Shown: positions 7,902 through 21,733 of the stretch, one piece after another
How positions within the stretch are numbered: position 1 is the first letter of the stretch
How the letters are laid out: every line of letters begins with the position of its first letter
Origin: Thalia democratica
Taxonomy: Eukaryota
Length of the DNA: 64,000 nucleotides
Assembly: GCA_965202585.1 (NCBI GenBank)
Contig: OZ241831.1
Coordinates: 50,158,001 to 50,222,000 of the forward strand
Direction: 5' to 3'
The notes under the pieces: model-generated
Database searches by the model: none
Told to the model about the DNA's origin: nothing
What the model saw: the letters and a program-made list of their open reading frames with translations, nothing else
Position numbers and translations under genes: made by a program

Positions 7902-10900
7902 ACCGAAAAATTTTTTTGGTTCTGGTTGTATTTTTATCAGTCAACTAACTGTATTTATGAAAATAAATTTTTTCATGTCTTAAGTTTCTAGAGGGTGCCA
8001 CCGAAGGGTTAGCACCTTTTATTTACCAATTTTTTAACTTTCTTCTTGACTGAACCAATAAAAAATCCCCTAACCTAAAACTGATTGATAGTCGCTTAAA
8101 TATTTTTAATTAATTAGTGTTAAATTTTTATTAAATAAAGCTATAAGCATGATGGTTCAAAGCTTCTTTTTTAAATCATACAATTAACTAGATATTAATG
8201 AACGAACGAATTTGTATAAAGTTAACCCGGGGTTTTAAAATGACAGCCTTTTATTTAGTTTTTTATGTTATAAATATGGAAATGGTAGTTTATTTAATTA
8301 TAATAGTTTTTACTAGTATAAAATACAATTAGTACTAAAACGATGATATTTTTGGCAAGGGAAATAAATCGAAAATTGTTAAAAAAGTTTAACAAATTTC
8401 GATACTTGCACTTATCATGTATGTTTTAGTTGATAAATTATTTTAAATAAATATATATATATATAAATATTTTCAATTGCATACAATGTGCTATGAAGAT
8501 CAAAAATTAAGTAACAGACTTTTGGATTTTCACTTAACTATGTCTATTTTTAATTGGTCATTTTAGTAAGCGTTTCAAATACAAAATATGATTAAATATT
8601 ACATTTTGAACATTTTTAAATAGAAATAAATAACGTTCTTGTAAACATTCAATTTTCAAGTATTTAAGTTCTAGTTGTTTATACATAAGTATTTGCATAT
8701 TAAATAACTTTTTTTAAAGCCCGTGATTTGAATCTTATTTGCATTGAATTATATTTATTTAATTTTACATACTGAATAGCGTTTTGTGGAAAAATATTCA
8801 AGTTGTCTTAATTTTTTTATAAAGGTAAATTACAAAATAAAATTCAACTTTTATTACTAAATGTATTAAACAGACTTCAATCTACTTTCTAAAAAATTTA
8901 TTAGAAACGATGATGTTTATTAAAGTTTAAACCTCTATTCGGGGTTTCCCCAAATTTGACAACACATCCCCTCTAAACCATTTTCGCTATCATGGGCGTA
9001 ATAAGTAGGGGGATGAAAAAAGTTTTGTGATTGGATACATTATAAAAACTAATCATTTATCAAAAACAGTTCAAGCTATAAATGGTTTTGGTAAAAAATT
9101 ACGATTTTGAAACGAACCTGACTTTAAATTGTTTTAAACTATTTGATATTACATACTAACTAGCATTTTGTAGAAATATATACAAATGTTAAATACATTT
9201 ACTAAAATAGAAAGCTGAGTCACTTAAAAAAGATAATAACTATATATAACGCGAACAAACTTGATATTTAGTTGATAAAAAATCCGTATAGGTCTTATGC
9301 AATACAAAACTCAAAAACCATTAAGAAAACTGACCAGCGTATCCTTGATTACAGTTGAAATTATCCGATCTTATACCAATAAGGACTGAAGACTTTTTGT
9401 ACATTTTGTATGCACCCATCGATCTAGAAATTTATTGATTAAATTTATTTTTTTATTTCATATATAAATTTATACAAGTATTATCATTTGGAAATTTATT
9501 ACTTGTTCCTTAACTTTTAATTGTTATGAAATCGATTGAATTTTATTTTATATGAAAATTTTTAGAAACAAACTTAGATTTAGAGAAGCAATAACTTGTC
9601 AGAATACTATTTAAATACAATAACCTCTCTCAAATCTATCCACTCTCGTTTTAAATAGACTTCTTAAAATACGCAAAAAGTATACTTAATTTAAACCTTT
9701 TAATGTACCAACAAATTTGTTGTATGTTTTCAATTAACAACAAAATGCTTTAAAATAATATATTTGATTGTTAAAATGTACATCTTGCAAATATTCAGTT
9801 GTTTTAACTTTGTAATATTGTTACATTCTCACGTTTAACTACAAAATTTTGCTGACAAATGTGCGTAAATTCGCGAGAGTTTACTGTAATGTATATACAC
9901 TAGCTATATTTAATACTTTAAAAACTTTGACATATTTAACAAAAACATTCTAAAATTAATTTCTAAAAGATTAACACAGTACAGTGCTTTCTCACTTATC
10001 CGGTAACGTTGGGTTATTTTGTAAACTTAATCGGATATTTATATTACGCAATGCACACAATAAAACAAACACTAAATTTAATACAGAAAGTCATAAAAGC
10101 TTGCAAATGAACAATAAAAAACTTGTTAACTTATTGTGCGCCAAAACTATTATTTAACAATATTAAGTTTGAGAAAAAAATTTAAACAATGAGGTAACTA
10201 TAAACTTATTGCCTAGTTGTAAAAATTGATTTTATCGTGTATTTGAAGCAAAACACTTTAAATTTTAACTTAAATAAACTGTTAGTGACGCATTTGTACA
10301 AGATTTATATCAGCCAGAATGAACCCAATAAAATTTGTAATGAATTACATTCACCTCTCACGAATCTACGCACTCATTTGGTTACGCACTCTCATTTAGT
10401 TACGTATTTTAGAATTCTTAAACAGTTGTAAAAATAAGACATTTCAAAATTTATAGATTGTATATAGAGTTTTAATTGTGAAAATAGATAAACGTTTTTT
10501 GACTTTTATTTAATCCAATATTTAATTCGGGCATTATCAACAAAGTTGAGATGTTCGTGCCATCAACAATAAATAATAAACTCCACCACACGACCAACAA
10601 CAACAGCATCCGAGACAACGTACGACCAGTTTCGTCCTTATTAGTACTCATCAAGCAGGCGTAGCCGCGAGAAACTGCTGTTGAGATCATTGTTTATTAA
10701 CATGATTTTACTTGAAATACCTTTTTTTAGAAAAATAAAGCGCCTTATACAACAACTAAGTGCAAAACACAACAAAAAATATTAAAAGACCTAGGCATTA
10801 TAAAAATTTGTATTTATCTAGCTCTCATATGTATCTAAATGTACGAAATAATCTATTTCTGAAAAAAATAACTATTGGCGCGAGTTAAAATACAAATGTA

Positions 10901-10992
10901 CATTAATATGATTTAATGATTAATGTGATGTAATAGTCTTTAAATAAAGTTTGAGTGTAAATTGTACACTTAAAAAAGTATCCAGTTTTTTT

Positions 10993-11324
10993 CTGGGTTG
11001 TCAAAAGTTTTATGTAAATGCCATCCAGGTTTAAAAAAAATTAGTTTATCGGACCACTTTAAAGTATAAAATTAAACTTAAGTTTAAAAAAATATCTTAA
11101 TATTGAGATAAAAAGATACTGTAAAACGTTCAAATAAGTTTTTTTAATGAAGAATAAGTTTAATGATATAAACACTTTTTATCCAACTGAAATTTCCTTA
11201 CTTTTTATATAAAATAGTTTGACATTTCTGATTTTTTAGTGATTTTAGTTAGAAACTCGACGTTTTTTTGTCTAATTTGTCAAATTCCTGGTTTTTCCTA
11301 TTTTCCAGGTATTTTGCAACACTG
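10993..11324. mobile_element. Degenerate MITE with CAGGGTTGCCA-type TIRs (copy at 23002-23333)
   Basis: CTGGGTTGTCA at 10993 and TTGCAACACTG at the right end; subterminal AATTTGTCAAATTCC(T/A)GGTTTTTC shared with 14918-15278. Confidence 0.4.
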
Positions 11325-12091
11325 TTTCTTGATACAATCTTTTTAAAAATGACACAATAATGAATAACTCTTGAAAAACGTAATTAAAGTACATAGAGAA
11401 TAGAAAGCAAAATCACAACGATATAAGTAACATAGTCCTTTGAATAATCATTTAACATCATAACAAAAAAAATTAAGACAAAACATAACAATAACTACAG
11501 TGGATTTCAGACTAATTCACACATAATTTTGTATATAACCTTAAACAAATTTAACTCAAGCTGTCAACCCTACAACAAACTATTTAATAACTTTATGCTA
11601 ATAAGAGTTAATAAAATAATTGAAGAAAAATATAAAACAAAAAACAATCACTTTTAACGATTAATTAAAGTTTTACATAACTTGAAATGACTCAGATTTT
11701 AAAACTGAATAAACAAACGTTTAAGAAAACACTCAACAGTAAATTCATCTAAATAAAGGTACCGGAATCAAAAACGAAATTGACAAACAAAAAACATACA
11801 AACTACAGCCGTAATCTGTTTTAAAAATTAAATTGAAACATTAGGTACAAACTTAAACTAAAGGCAGAACAGTTTTGCTTTTAATAATGAATCATATAAA
11901 CTTACAATCTGTCTTATTATCTTCTCAATCTAATTTTAAAGTTAAAAACTATTAGAAGCTTATACCTTATTATTTTCTTAGTTACAGCTAAGAAACTGAT
12001 CTATTTCTTTTTTTAAGTCTACTAATGAACATGAATCTAAACATATTTGTACATTTTTGTCTTGACAGTTTACTTCTAATACTTAACTCAC

Positions 12092-12176
12092 ATTTTCGAA
12101 AAAGACAGTTGCAAAAATCGTCTGGTGCCCATGGATTAGTGAATCTTTCCAGGTTCCATCCAATATCGTCACTGCT
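12092..12176 (-). CDS. Candidate internal exon of a spliced host gene (AVTILDGTWKDSLIHGHQTIFATVFFEN); copy at 24101-24185
   Basis: TTTTATTTTAACAG acceptor and AAT|GTGAGT donor on the - strand, stop-free, GC above background; no homologue recognised. Confidence 0.3.
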
Positions 12177-13839
12177 CTGTTAAAATAAAACTATATTACT
12201 TACTATTGTTACTCAAAGTTAAACTTTTTCAAAGAAGGTAGTTGAAATAAGTATGAATTTTATTTTTAACATTATAAAAAAAAAATACATAAGTATAAAA
12301 ATGACAACAAACAAAAAATTCAGATTTTCTATTAATTAAGCTGTGAGAGATGTTGTGCTAGTTTAATTATTATGTAATTTAAACATAATTTTGTTGCTGA
12401 ATGTTTTATTCTACAATTTTAATTTTGCCGTGAAATTTAATGTGCAAGTTCAGAAATAGATAGGACACCAATTTAATTACTTTGCACACTACCAAGTAGT
12501 TATATAAAATAAATTGTTTAAACTTTTGATTGCAAGGAAAATACTTAAAAACCTGATGGAAAAGAAATCAATAACGTTTTGATACAAAAAAAATAACAGA
12601 AATACATAACAAAGTTTGTTAAAAGTTAAGTAAGTGATGAACTAGAGCAGGACTTTAAGTGATAACTTATCAGTCAATTACCAACAACTTTAAGCACTAA
12701 GGGCAGAAGAAGCAGTTTAGATCATAAGATGTATTGCATGCCAAGACTTAAAAACACTTCTTTATTAAAAGACCATGGCGTTTGAAACATTCTAACAGAC
12801 AACTTCGAGGACTTCAGTTAAAAAATAACAAATAGAATAACGCAAACACCATTGAATAAACACCTTATCTTACAACATAAATATTTTATTCTAAACTGAT
12901 TTAATACTTAAACACTTATTGTAATGATAGGATAAGTAATAAAATAAATTGTTTTGCTAGTTTAATAAACTAAAAAAAAATCCAAAAACTAAGCAAACGG
13001 AGAATTCGGAAGTACTTTGTAGAGCAATGAGTGGCTTGAATAAAAAAATAACTAAAAATATATGTTCCTTCATTTTAGTTTTAAGTAATTCACTTCAAAT
13101 TTTCAGGAAACATCCCTTTATAATATTGCGATTAAAGTAAAAGAGGTGGAATTATGAAAAAAATATAGACGAAAATAGATAAAGATTTTTTTTTCTAATC
13201 AACAGATCAATAGAAAATCCTTTTTTACCAGTTGTTCAAAATTTATTAAATAGTTCTCAGAACAGTTTCTGAAATGATTGCTCAAAAACTGTAGGATGAG
13301 AAATGTTTTAAACGAATTAATCTACTTTTACCTTTTTAATTTGCATCTCCCACTAGGAACCTAGTAAACTCTTTAACTTTGATCTTTTTTTTTATCAAAA
13401 CTACTTAAATTTCTTGAAGTCACTGGTAGCTTAATCATTTATGTAAAAAAAAACATTAATCCAAAGTGTTTAGCCCCTGTGCCCTTAACATTATATTTAA
13501 TTGATGAAGTAAAAATACTATTTTGCAGTTTAATATCTAGTAGAATATTACACATATGGTATAATGTTATTAAACTTAAAATTCATGATTCTGATTAATT
13601 TATATACCATTAAGTCTAGTCAGGTTTATTTGTGTTTATACTAGTTATCTGAAAGATTATAAAATTTTGTTAAGCTTAAATAAAAGAAAAGTGTTCAAAC
13701 ACTTGTGGCTAATAATAATCTTAAAGCTTCTTTAATAAACACAATAAAAATATTTTCTGTAATTTGTGTTTAGAAATTAAAAAAGAATTTATTTTATTTT
13801 AGAAATTAAACTTTAGATAGACTTTATTAATTAACTAAC

Positions 13840-13913
13840 TAATAATGAAAAGGTTGCAGTCAAAAGCCATCTCAAAATGGAGTTAAGATTTTCAATGTCA
13901 TCACATTTGTAAG
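13840..13913 (-). CDS. Candidate internal exon (YKCDDIENLNSILRWLLTATFSLL); copy at 25849-25922
   Basis: TTTTTAACAG acceptor and TTA|GTTAGT donor on the - strand, stop-free. Confidence 0.28.
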
Positions 13914-14917
13914 CTGTTAAAAAATAATTAGTTTGCAATGTAAAAGTGAACTAAAAGGTAATATTTAAAAATTAAGCATTGCCCTTAAAACATATGAGAA
14001 CAAAATCTAAAATTATATTCAACAATTTGAAGTGGAGATATACTTCTTATCAGAATGTGATTTGAATGCAACTTTTGATTTAAACGTTGTTTTAGAGCAG
14101 TGCCTTCCAAAGAATGGGAAAAATTGTCTTTTGTGAGGATTGGCAATATAAAGTAAGGGGGTCAAAAAAAAGAGATTTAAAAACATTGTTTAAATATCAT
14201 TGTTAACTCGATTTGCTCAAACAAAATTTAACAACAATATCTTAAATGTCATAATTTATATATAGAAGAGTCGTTATATTATATTATAACTAAAGATTTT
14301 AGTTATAAATATTAAATAATAAATCAGTTTTAATTTTAGAATAAATTTACAAATACTTTTATTCAATAAAAAATATTAGTTTACAGAATTATCGACTATA
14401 TAAAACTTTCTTATGAGTATATGTCTCTGCCAAACTAATTAATGAAATAATTATTAGTTGAACAAAAAACTTAAAAAACAGTTTGGCCACAAGTTTTTTT
14501 TTTGAAATTTCTTCAAGGTTCTTAAAAGTACACAATTTTTTGTATATTTTAAGTTTGAAATAAAGTTTAGGGTAAAGAACTGTCTATCATTATTGAAAAG
14601 ATGTGTTAAACCTACTTCAAATGTATTTTTTGATGAAAAAAGCTTTTGATGATAAGAAATTATGTTATCTAGACCATAGGTTTTTTTATCAAACTGAAGT
14701 TTTACTACTTTACATGTTAACAATTTTTTAATTTCCAGGTTTTTTAGTGATATAAGTTTAAAATTTCCTTCAAGATTTCTCAACTTTCAGGTTTTTTTAG
14801 CCTTAACTGTCACATTCAACATTTTTCTAGGATTCCAGGTTAAGTGGCAACCCTAATTCTTGATGTAGAAAAAAGTCTGTCCTGAGAATTTTAAAAGTCC
14901 TGAAACTATCCTGAGAT

Positions 14918-15278
14918 CAGGATTGCCACTTGTTTTTTTAATTTTTTTTCAGGTTTTCCAAGTTTCTTCCAGGTTTTTAAAAGTACATATTTTTGGGTCT
15001 ATTTTTAGTTTTAAGTTAGGTAAGTAAGGTAAGAAAACTGTGTTAAATTGTATAAAAACATCAAAAAGATACTGAAAGCTACTTTTATTCCCTTATTTAA
15101 TATAGAAATTTTTTATGATGACAAAAAATGTTTATCTATGCAAAATATTTTTTGTTTTAAATTAAACATGTTAAAACTGTTTAAAATTCCAGGTTTTTTG
15201 CTTAATATTCCAGCTTTTTTTTGCCCAAATTGTCAAATTCCAGGTTTTTCAAGGTTTCCAGGTAAAGTGGCAACCCTG
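14918..15278. mobile_element. MITE with CAGG(A/G)TTGCCACTT ... AAGTGGCAACCCTG TIRs (copy at 26927-27287)
   Basis: Inverted 14-bp termini around a ~360-bp AT-rich body with TTCCAGGTT subterminal repeats; a further right end at ~14842-14855; TSD not clear. Confidence 0.5.
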
Positions 15279-18200
15279 TGAGGTTTTCATAAAAAATCAT
15301 AACTGTCCTCAGTCATCCTGGATTTTAAAAAAGTTAAAATATTCTGAGTTACCATAAGTCATTCTGAGATTTACTAGGATTATAAAATATCCTGAGTACC
15401 CTAAATGTGTGGCCAACCTGTCATTTTCTTGTTCATTAAATGTTTTAGCATAGTGGTTATAAAAAGACATAAACTTTTTGACTATTATTGTTTTTACAGA
15501 GAAAATATATTTTCTGAATAATTGTGGCATGTAACTTGATTAGTATCAGCCATTAAAATTGTTTTAAATTTGCAAAACAACTAGGAATTTTTTCTGACCA
15601 TTTCTAAATTTAAATACGAGGCTAATTAATATTAAAATATAAAACAGTTATGATTAATTTATAAAAAATTTTGATAAAATTATTCAAATAAAATTATTTT
15701 ATCAATTGTGTGTATCAAATAAAGATTTAAAGTACATTATAATGATATTTACTATTAAATTATAGAAAACATTACCATATCACAATATTTTTGTTATCAT
15801 TAATATTAACTACAATGATAATACTTACCTTTGTCACAGATATAAAATGGATGGCACCTATTTTAAGTCTATTTACAATATTTAGACTAGAAAATATGTG
15901 GGAAATAACAAATAGTCTCAAAGCAGTCGTGATAAACTAGGTACTTCAAGGATAGAAAATAAATTATTTTTATGTTTTAACAAACCATAAACTAAAAATA
16001 TTAGCTTGTCAATTAGGATAAACCATTTTTTGTACATGTTTAAATTAAAATAATAATTTGAAACAATTTTTTACATGCAATTTAAGTTCTTTAATGTTCA
16101 ACTGATTACTCTAGAATAAGTTACTAAACTGAGTTGTAAAAAATTTACGACCGTATAACAATTGCATAAAAGTTAAATGTTTTACGTTTTTTCTTTTTAC
16201 GTTTTTCTAAAATATATTATTAATGATTAGTTTGAAGTTTGAAACACTAGAATTTGAAAACGCTAAAAACGCAGTACATTTGTTGTATTTTAATTTAAAT
16301 AAACCATGCTGACTCAAAAAAAATTCAAAAATTTTGTACAGACGACAAAAGCAATAATAATATCCTAAAAAAATTGAACTTTTTATAAAATTGTTGTCAA
16401 ATGGCTAGAAAAAAAATAACGCGAAACTTTGTTTTATTTTAGTTTGAAATATTCGGTAAAAAAATGAAAAAGTCGGTAAAAGTTTTTTAGAGCCAAGCCT
16501 GTGCCACGAGACAAACTCAAGTTGTTAGTTAGAAGCAAGTTTAAGTAAGCTTTTGGTAAACTGTAACTTGGATTTCGTTTTTATTGAATACTGTCAGTCA
16601 CACCTAAATGTCAGCCAGTTACATCTAAAAACATTTTGTTCGTCAGTCTACAAACAGCTTAATTATATTTTATAACATTTTTTAAATACTTAGTGTAGCA
16701 TTTAAACTGAGTAAAAGAAAGACATCCGTTAAAATTGTTTTCTTGTTGCAACAAACAAACTTTGTAGAAGTAAATTCAACATTCAACTGTTTTTGTTTAT
16801 AATTTATAATTATTTCGATGTTAACACTTCTATAAATTTGAAGTTTTATAAAAACTGAACTTGTCTACCTACTTATTATTTTTATGATTAAATGTTACAA
16901 TGTGATATTTATATAAACTCACAAAAATGATTTTTACTTAATTAATTTTATTTTGATTTTTATTTTACTTGATTAATGAGTTTTTAACCTACTACATATA
17001 AGTAAAACATAATTCAATTTTTATCGTTTTACTTTGGCTTTATATTAATAGAACATGATTTTTAAACAAAAGTTTGTTTTAAATAAAGTAAGTTTATTTG
17101 AAATAGCTTAAACATTACAAACTAAATTACATCGAAAATAACATACCGCGGCAAATATATTATAAGTAAGCCCCTTAAATAAGTAACGTGTAATAAGGTG
17201 TAAAATAAAATACTATAATTTTAAATTTCGTTTTTCATTAGGAAATAGTATAATACGTTTTTCATTATTGCTTTTATCCTTAATGCTGTAAGATGTTTAC
17301 ATTTTAACTGATTTTATGTCAGCATACAATACATTAATACAGAGGTTGTTTTTGAAATTTAAATTAATCGTAAAACTTATTTTAAATATTTACTTTGACA
17401 TTGCATATTTTTTAGCTGTGGCTTAATTTTTTAAAACATACACTTATTTTAAATAAACATTTAAAAATTGATTTATAAATGCTATATCAAACTATAAGTT
17501 TTGCTACTTTCTTATACATAGTAATTTACAAAATGTATAATACATTTTCTAGTACAAAATGAATTTCAGCATAAAGTAAATGTTCTTAATTTTTTAGATA
17601 TAAAACTATAAAAATGACACTAAGTTTTGATAAAAGCAATTTGCAAATTTAAAACGTTGGAGTTGACCTTTAAAATTATCGCACCTTTGGAATTTTGAGA
17701 TTGTTTTAAAGATTAACTTTCGTTTAAGTACAATTTACACCAGTTTACAAACAATGAAAAGTCTTGTATTTGAAAAAATCCTTGACCGAACGCTTACAAC
17801 ATTTGCCAGTTGTTAAAGTAAATTGCTTGAAAGCTTATAGTTAATACTTTGATTAGTATATTTCTATTAAGACAATAATTGCAGTATTTATTTAAAATAC
17901 GAAACTATTTTATACAGCTGGACGGTTTTAAATTAAACTTAAAAACCTCAAAATATCAAGTAATTAGCTTTGCAAAAAAGTTGTTTAATTTTGTTTCGCT
18001 CTTAAAACAACACTCATAAAAAACTGTTTTTAAGAGTTTAAAGACATAAACAAAGCAAACAAAACTTGAAAATGATTGTTTTATTTTCTTTATGTTAACC
18101 AGAATTTTTCAACTCTGTTTGAACCACTTTGCAGTTATCTTATTACCAGATGGTCAAATAAATTTCCCCTGCACTGATAGAAGAGTTTTCATTAGTAACT

Positions 18201-19417
18201 TTTCATTTCAAAACACAGTAAGTGGTAAAAAAACTTTTGCACACAAAATTTACTTTAAACATCAAAGTCTTTTTACGGTTTTGAAAATTATCAATTTTAT
18301 GATTAATTAGTATATAAATGTATAAGTATAACTTTATCGAGACCGCAAATATTTTTTACTAAGTTAACAAGCCATAAATACGTCTCAATAGACCATAAAC
18401 TTGAAATACATATACGTTTTTACTAGTTAAAGTTATCATAATATAAAAAGCTCTTGTCTATGTAAGGACAATATGTTTTTTAAATAAATTTTCTTTTTGT
18501 TAGTTGTTGAAGTTTGTATAAAAACAATTGTAAAACTTTTATTTGTTTTGCTTATAACTTGATAAAATTGAAGTGAAAAGTTATAAAAGTTTGAATATTT
18601 TTTTCAAATATTTTACTTTAAAAAAATTTAATTTAAATTTTACCAGCACTAAGTACTTTGATAGTAATAGAAAGAGTTTTAAACGTAAGTTAACTATTAT
18701 TTGAAACTATTTAGTTAAATATAATGCTTAATACATAACATTTATGACTAGTATATATATCTAATTAGTAATTAAAAGTGTTGTTTCAAGAGTATATTGT
18801 ATGTTTCAATTCAAAAAACACTTATTTACGCAGAAATGTGTGAGTACAAACTAAAATTAAGTGTTAAAATTTCTTAATTTATATAGCTTTATTTATATTT
18901 TTTGAATAACTGATAAATTATACAAATAACGTTTAATGCAATTTACGATAACACTGATGTTTCCAATTACGTTTTATTATTTTTCTCATTAGTGCTTTCT
19001 ACAAAATTATTAAAAATACTGTAAAGTTTTGTACGTTTTGCGCAACATTTTGTACTACAAAGTACAAAGAAAAACAATATTTTTTAATCTTTCATATTAT
19101 TTTGAGATTAAAACACTACTTGTGTGATACTATATAAAAATTAAAGTGGTATAAATATGAATATTAAGTCGTTTTTAGTTAATTTAATGAATAAACGTTG
19201 AGAAATAAAACTTATATAAATAGTATATTGCAAAAATAGAACTAATAGAGTTTATTTTATTTTATTTTTACATTCTATTTAAATTTACTTAGAATTTTAA
19301 ATCTACAGTCTATTACTATCAATAATACTACAGTTAGATTAATGCTTAAAGCTTTGTTTTTCTAAAAAAACAGCAAAAACAGATTAACAAGTAAAGTTTC
19401 ACTCTACTACCTAAATG

Positions 19418-21511
19418 GGGTGGGTGTCACTTTTGCACGAGCGTCACTTTTGCACGAAGGGTCACTTTTGCACGAGGGGACACTTTTGCACGGCGACTCT
19501 TTTGCACGAGCGTCACTTTAGCATGAGGGGACACTTTTGCACGGCGTCACTTTTGCACGCAGGGTCACTTTTGCACGAGGGGACACTTTTGCACGGCGAC
19601 TCTTTTGCACGACTGTCACTTTTGCACAAGGGGACAATTTTGCACGGCGACACTTTTGCACGGAGGGTCACTTTTGCACGATGTGACATTTTTGCACGGC
19701 GTGACTTTTGCACGAGGAGACACTTTTGCACGGCAAATTTTCTTTACGATGACAATTTTCTACAGCAGCATTGTTGCACAACGTCACATTTTTACGATGA
19801 AATTTTTGCACAGCGACATTTTGGCAAGATGAATTTTTTGTACGGAAAATCAATTTTGCATTCAGGCCGATTAAAAGTTGTTTAGCTATTACCAAGTCTG
19901 TAACATAAAAAGAAACTGAAAACCAAAATTTTATAATACACCTATATTAAAGGCAAAAATGAAAGATCTAAAACCTTAAACATTAAATGTTAATGTTAGA
20001 AACAAACTAACGAAAAGATAACATAAAATTATTTATAAAAGATTCATACCAGGGACAATAAAATTATTTTATTTAGAAACTAGGATAAAAATATATTAAG
20101 TGTAGGTAAGTTGTTCTAGTTTATTTTAAGTTTTAATATATTAATCAACAACGAGGCCTTTTTATATATTTTACAAATTTATTGTTCATATGATGAACCT
20201 AGGCATCAAAACCTAGACCACTTAAACTGGAAGACACATAAAGAAAAAATGAAAAAACACATACAATTTATTAATTAAAACAAAAACAAAAACATAATTT
20301 GATATAAAATTTATAGGTTATCATAAAAAGCAAAATTTTAACCACTAACTTATATTTATTTACGCTTTGATGTAGAACGATCAACATAAAGTATTTAAAT
20401 GCATTGACTAACAACAAAAATAAAAACCTAACGCTCCAAGGACATTAACGTTAGGCTCTCATTGGCTTATTTCCTGATCATGGAATGCTGGTTTAAGCAT
20501 CTCTTGATGCTTGTGATGAACATAAGTTCAATCTTCCAAATTTTACTCTCCCATTAACTTATCATGATCATGCAACATTATTGTAACGAAATAATCTAAG
20601 TTTAAATAATGAAAATGCGCTATTTTATTGTTTTTTTTATTCTCACGCTAAATTATAAAATAAAAATAAACATCAGGTGAAATCTGAAATAACTTTACAC
20701 TTCATAAACTAACTAAATCTATATTTTTAATTTAACAATTCTTTGAAATAAAAATAACTTTAAAATATATTTTTTAGCAGCTATATAATGCTATTTACAA
20801 CATCAAGAGAAAATAAGTAAAAATAATACTCAAAATTCGTGTTCTAAAGCATTACTAAATTAAGTTTATTTTTCTGTTTAAAAAGTAACAAAATTCAGAT
20901 TATTTTGATTTAATGTATTTAAAGTTGTTTTTATTCAAAATTAAAAATATGTATTCAACTAGTTTATTTAAATTAAGCTAATAAATATAAATTAATGAAT
21001 TGTGGTACGTTGTTACATTGTTCTACGTAAAAATTCAAATAAAAACTTTACAATAATATTTCATTAAAAAAGTACCACATTTTATTTAATCAAAACAACT
21101 TGCGTTTAAAAGCAAAGATTATTTAAGTTTAAAAGAAAAAAAAACTATTCAAAAAAAATGTCGCCGTGCAAAAGTGTCACATCGTGCAAAAGTGACCCTC
21201 TGTGCAAAAGTGTCGCCATGCAAAAGTGTCCCCTCGTGCAAAAGTGACAGTCGTGCAAAAGAGTCGCCGTGCAAAAGTGTCCCCTCGTGCAAAAGTGACA
21301 GTCGTGCAAAGAGTCGCCGTGCAAAAGTGTCCCCTCGTGCAAAAGTGACAGTCGTGCAAAAGAGTCGCCGTGCAAAAGTGTCCCCTCGTGCAAAAGTGAC
21401 CCTGCGTGCAAAAGTGACGCCGTGAAAAAGTGTCCCCTCGTGCTAAAGTGACGCTCGTGCAAAAGAGTCGCCGTGCAAAAGTGTCCCCTCGTGCAAAAGT
21501 GACCCTTCGTG
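19418..21511. mobile_element. Foldback-like element copy 2, right TIR truncated
   Basis: Same left TSD ACCTAAATG (19409-19417); similarity stops at GACCCTTCGTG (21511), about 86 bp short of the element end. Confidence 0.85.
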
Positions 21512-21733
21512 ATTATAGAACTCTTTATAAAACAATTTAAAAAGTTCCCGTGAGTTCCAGTTCTGGATGCAAGCAAAAACCTATAAAAGCATCAAAATAT
21601 TTTTTTTACAGAACAGCACAATATTTTGTTAAGTCAACAAAACTTTACAGACCCGAGTTTTCTAAGTCTTGAAAAATTTAGGTGCATTTGACAACCCTGC
21701 ATTTGGTAACCCTGGAACTAATAAAATGATATA

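Larger units (their letters stand above)
10627..21511 (+). repeat. 10.9-kb block essentially identical to 22636-33521, flanking the assembly gap
   Basis: Constant offset +12009 (ORFs 14454/26463, 18092/30101, 19415/31424); the only difference noticed is a 1-bp homopolymer deletion near 21310. Confidence 0.95.

Noticed and set aside
8069-8078. CCTAACCTAA as a telomerase-RNA template (TTAGG type)
   Set aside because: A 10-bp match in AT-rich DNA outside the structured island; likely chance
9340-10030. Tc1/mariner-type MITE ends (TACAGT...TTATCCG; GAGAGTTTACTGTA)
   Set aside because: Too degenerate to pair termini or find a TA TSD with confidence
14454-18310. Short AT-rich ORFs (14454-14783, 15048-15281, 18092-18310 and their duplicates)
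   Set aside because: Low-complexity K/N/F/L/I composition, overlap with MITE remnants, no motifs
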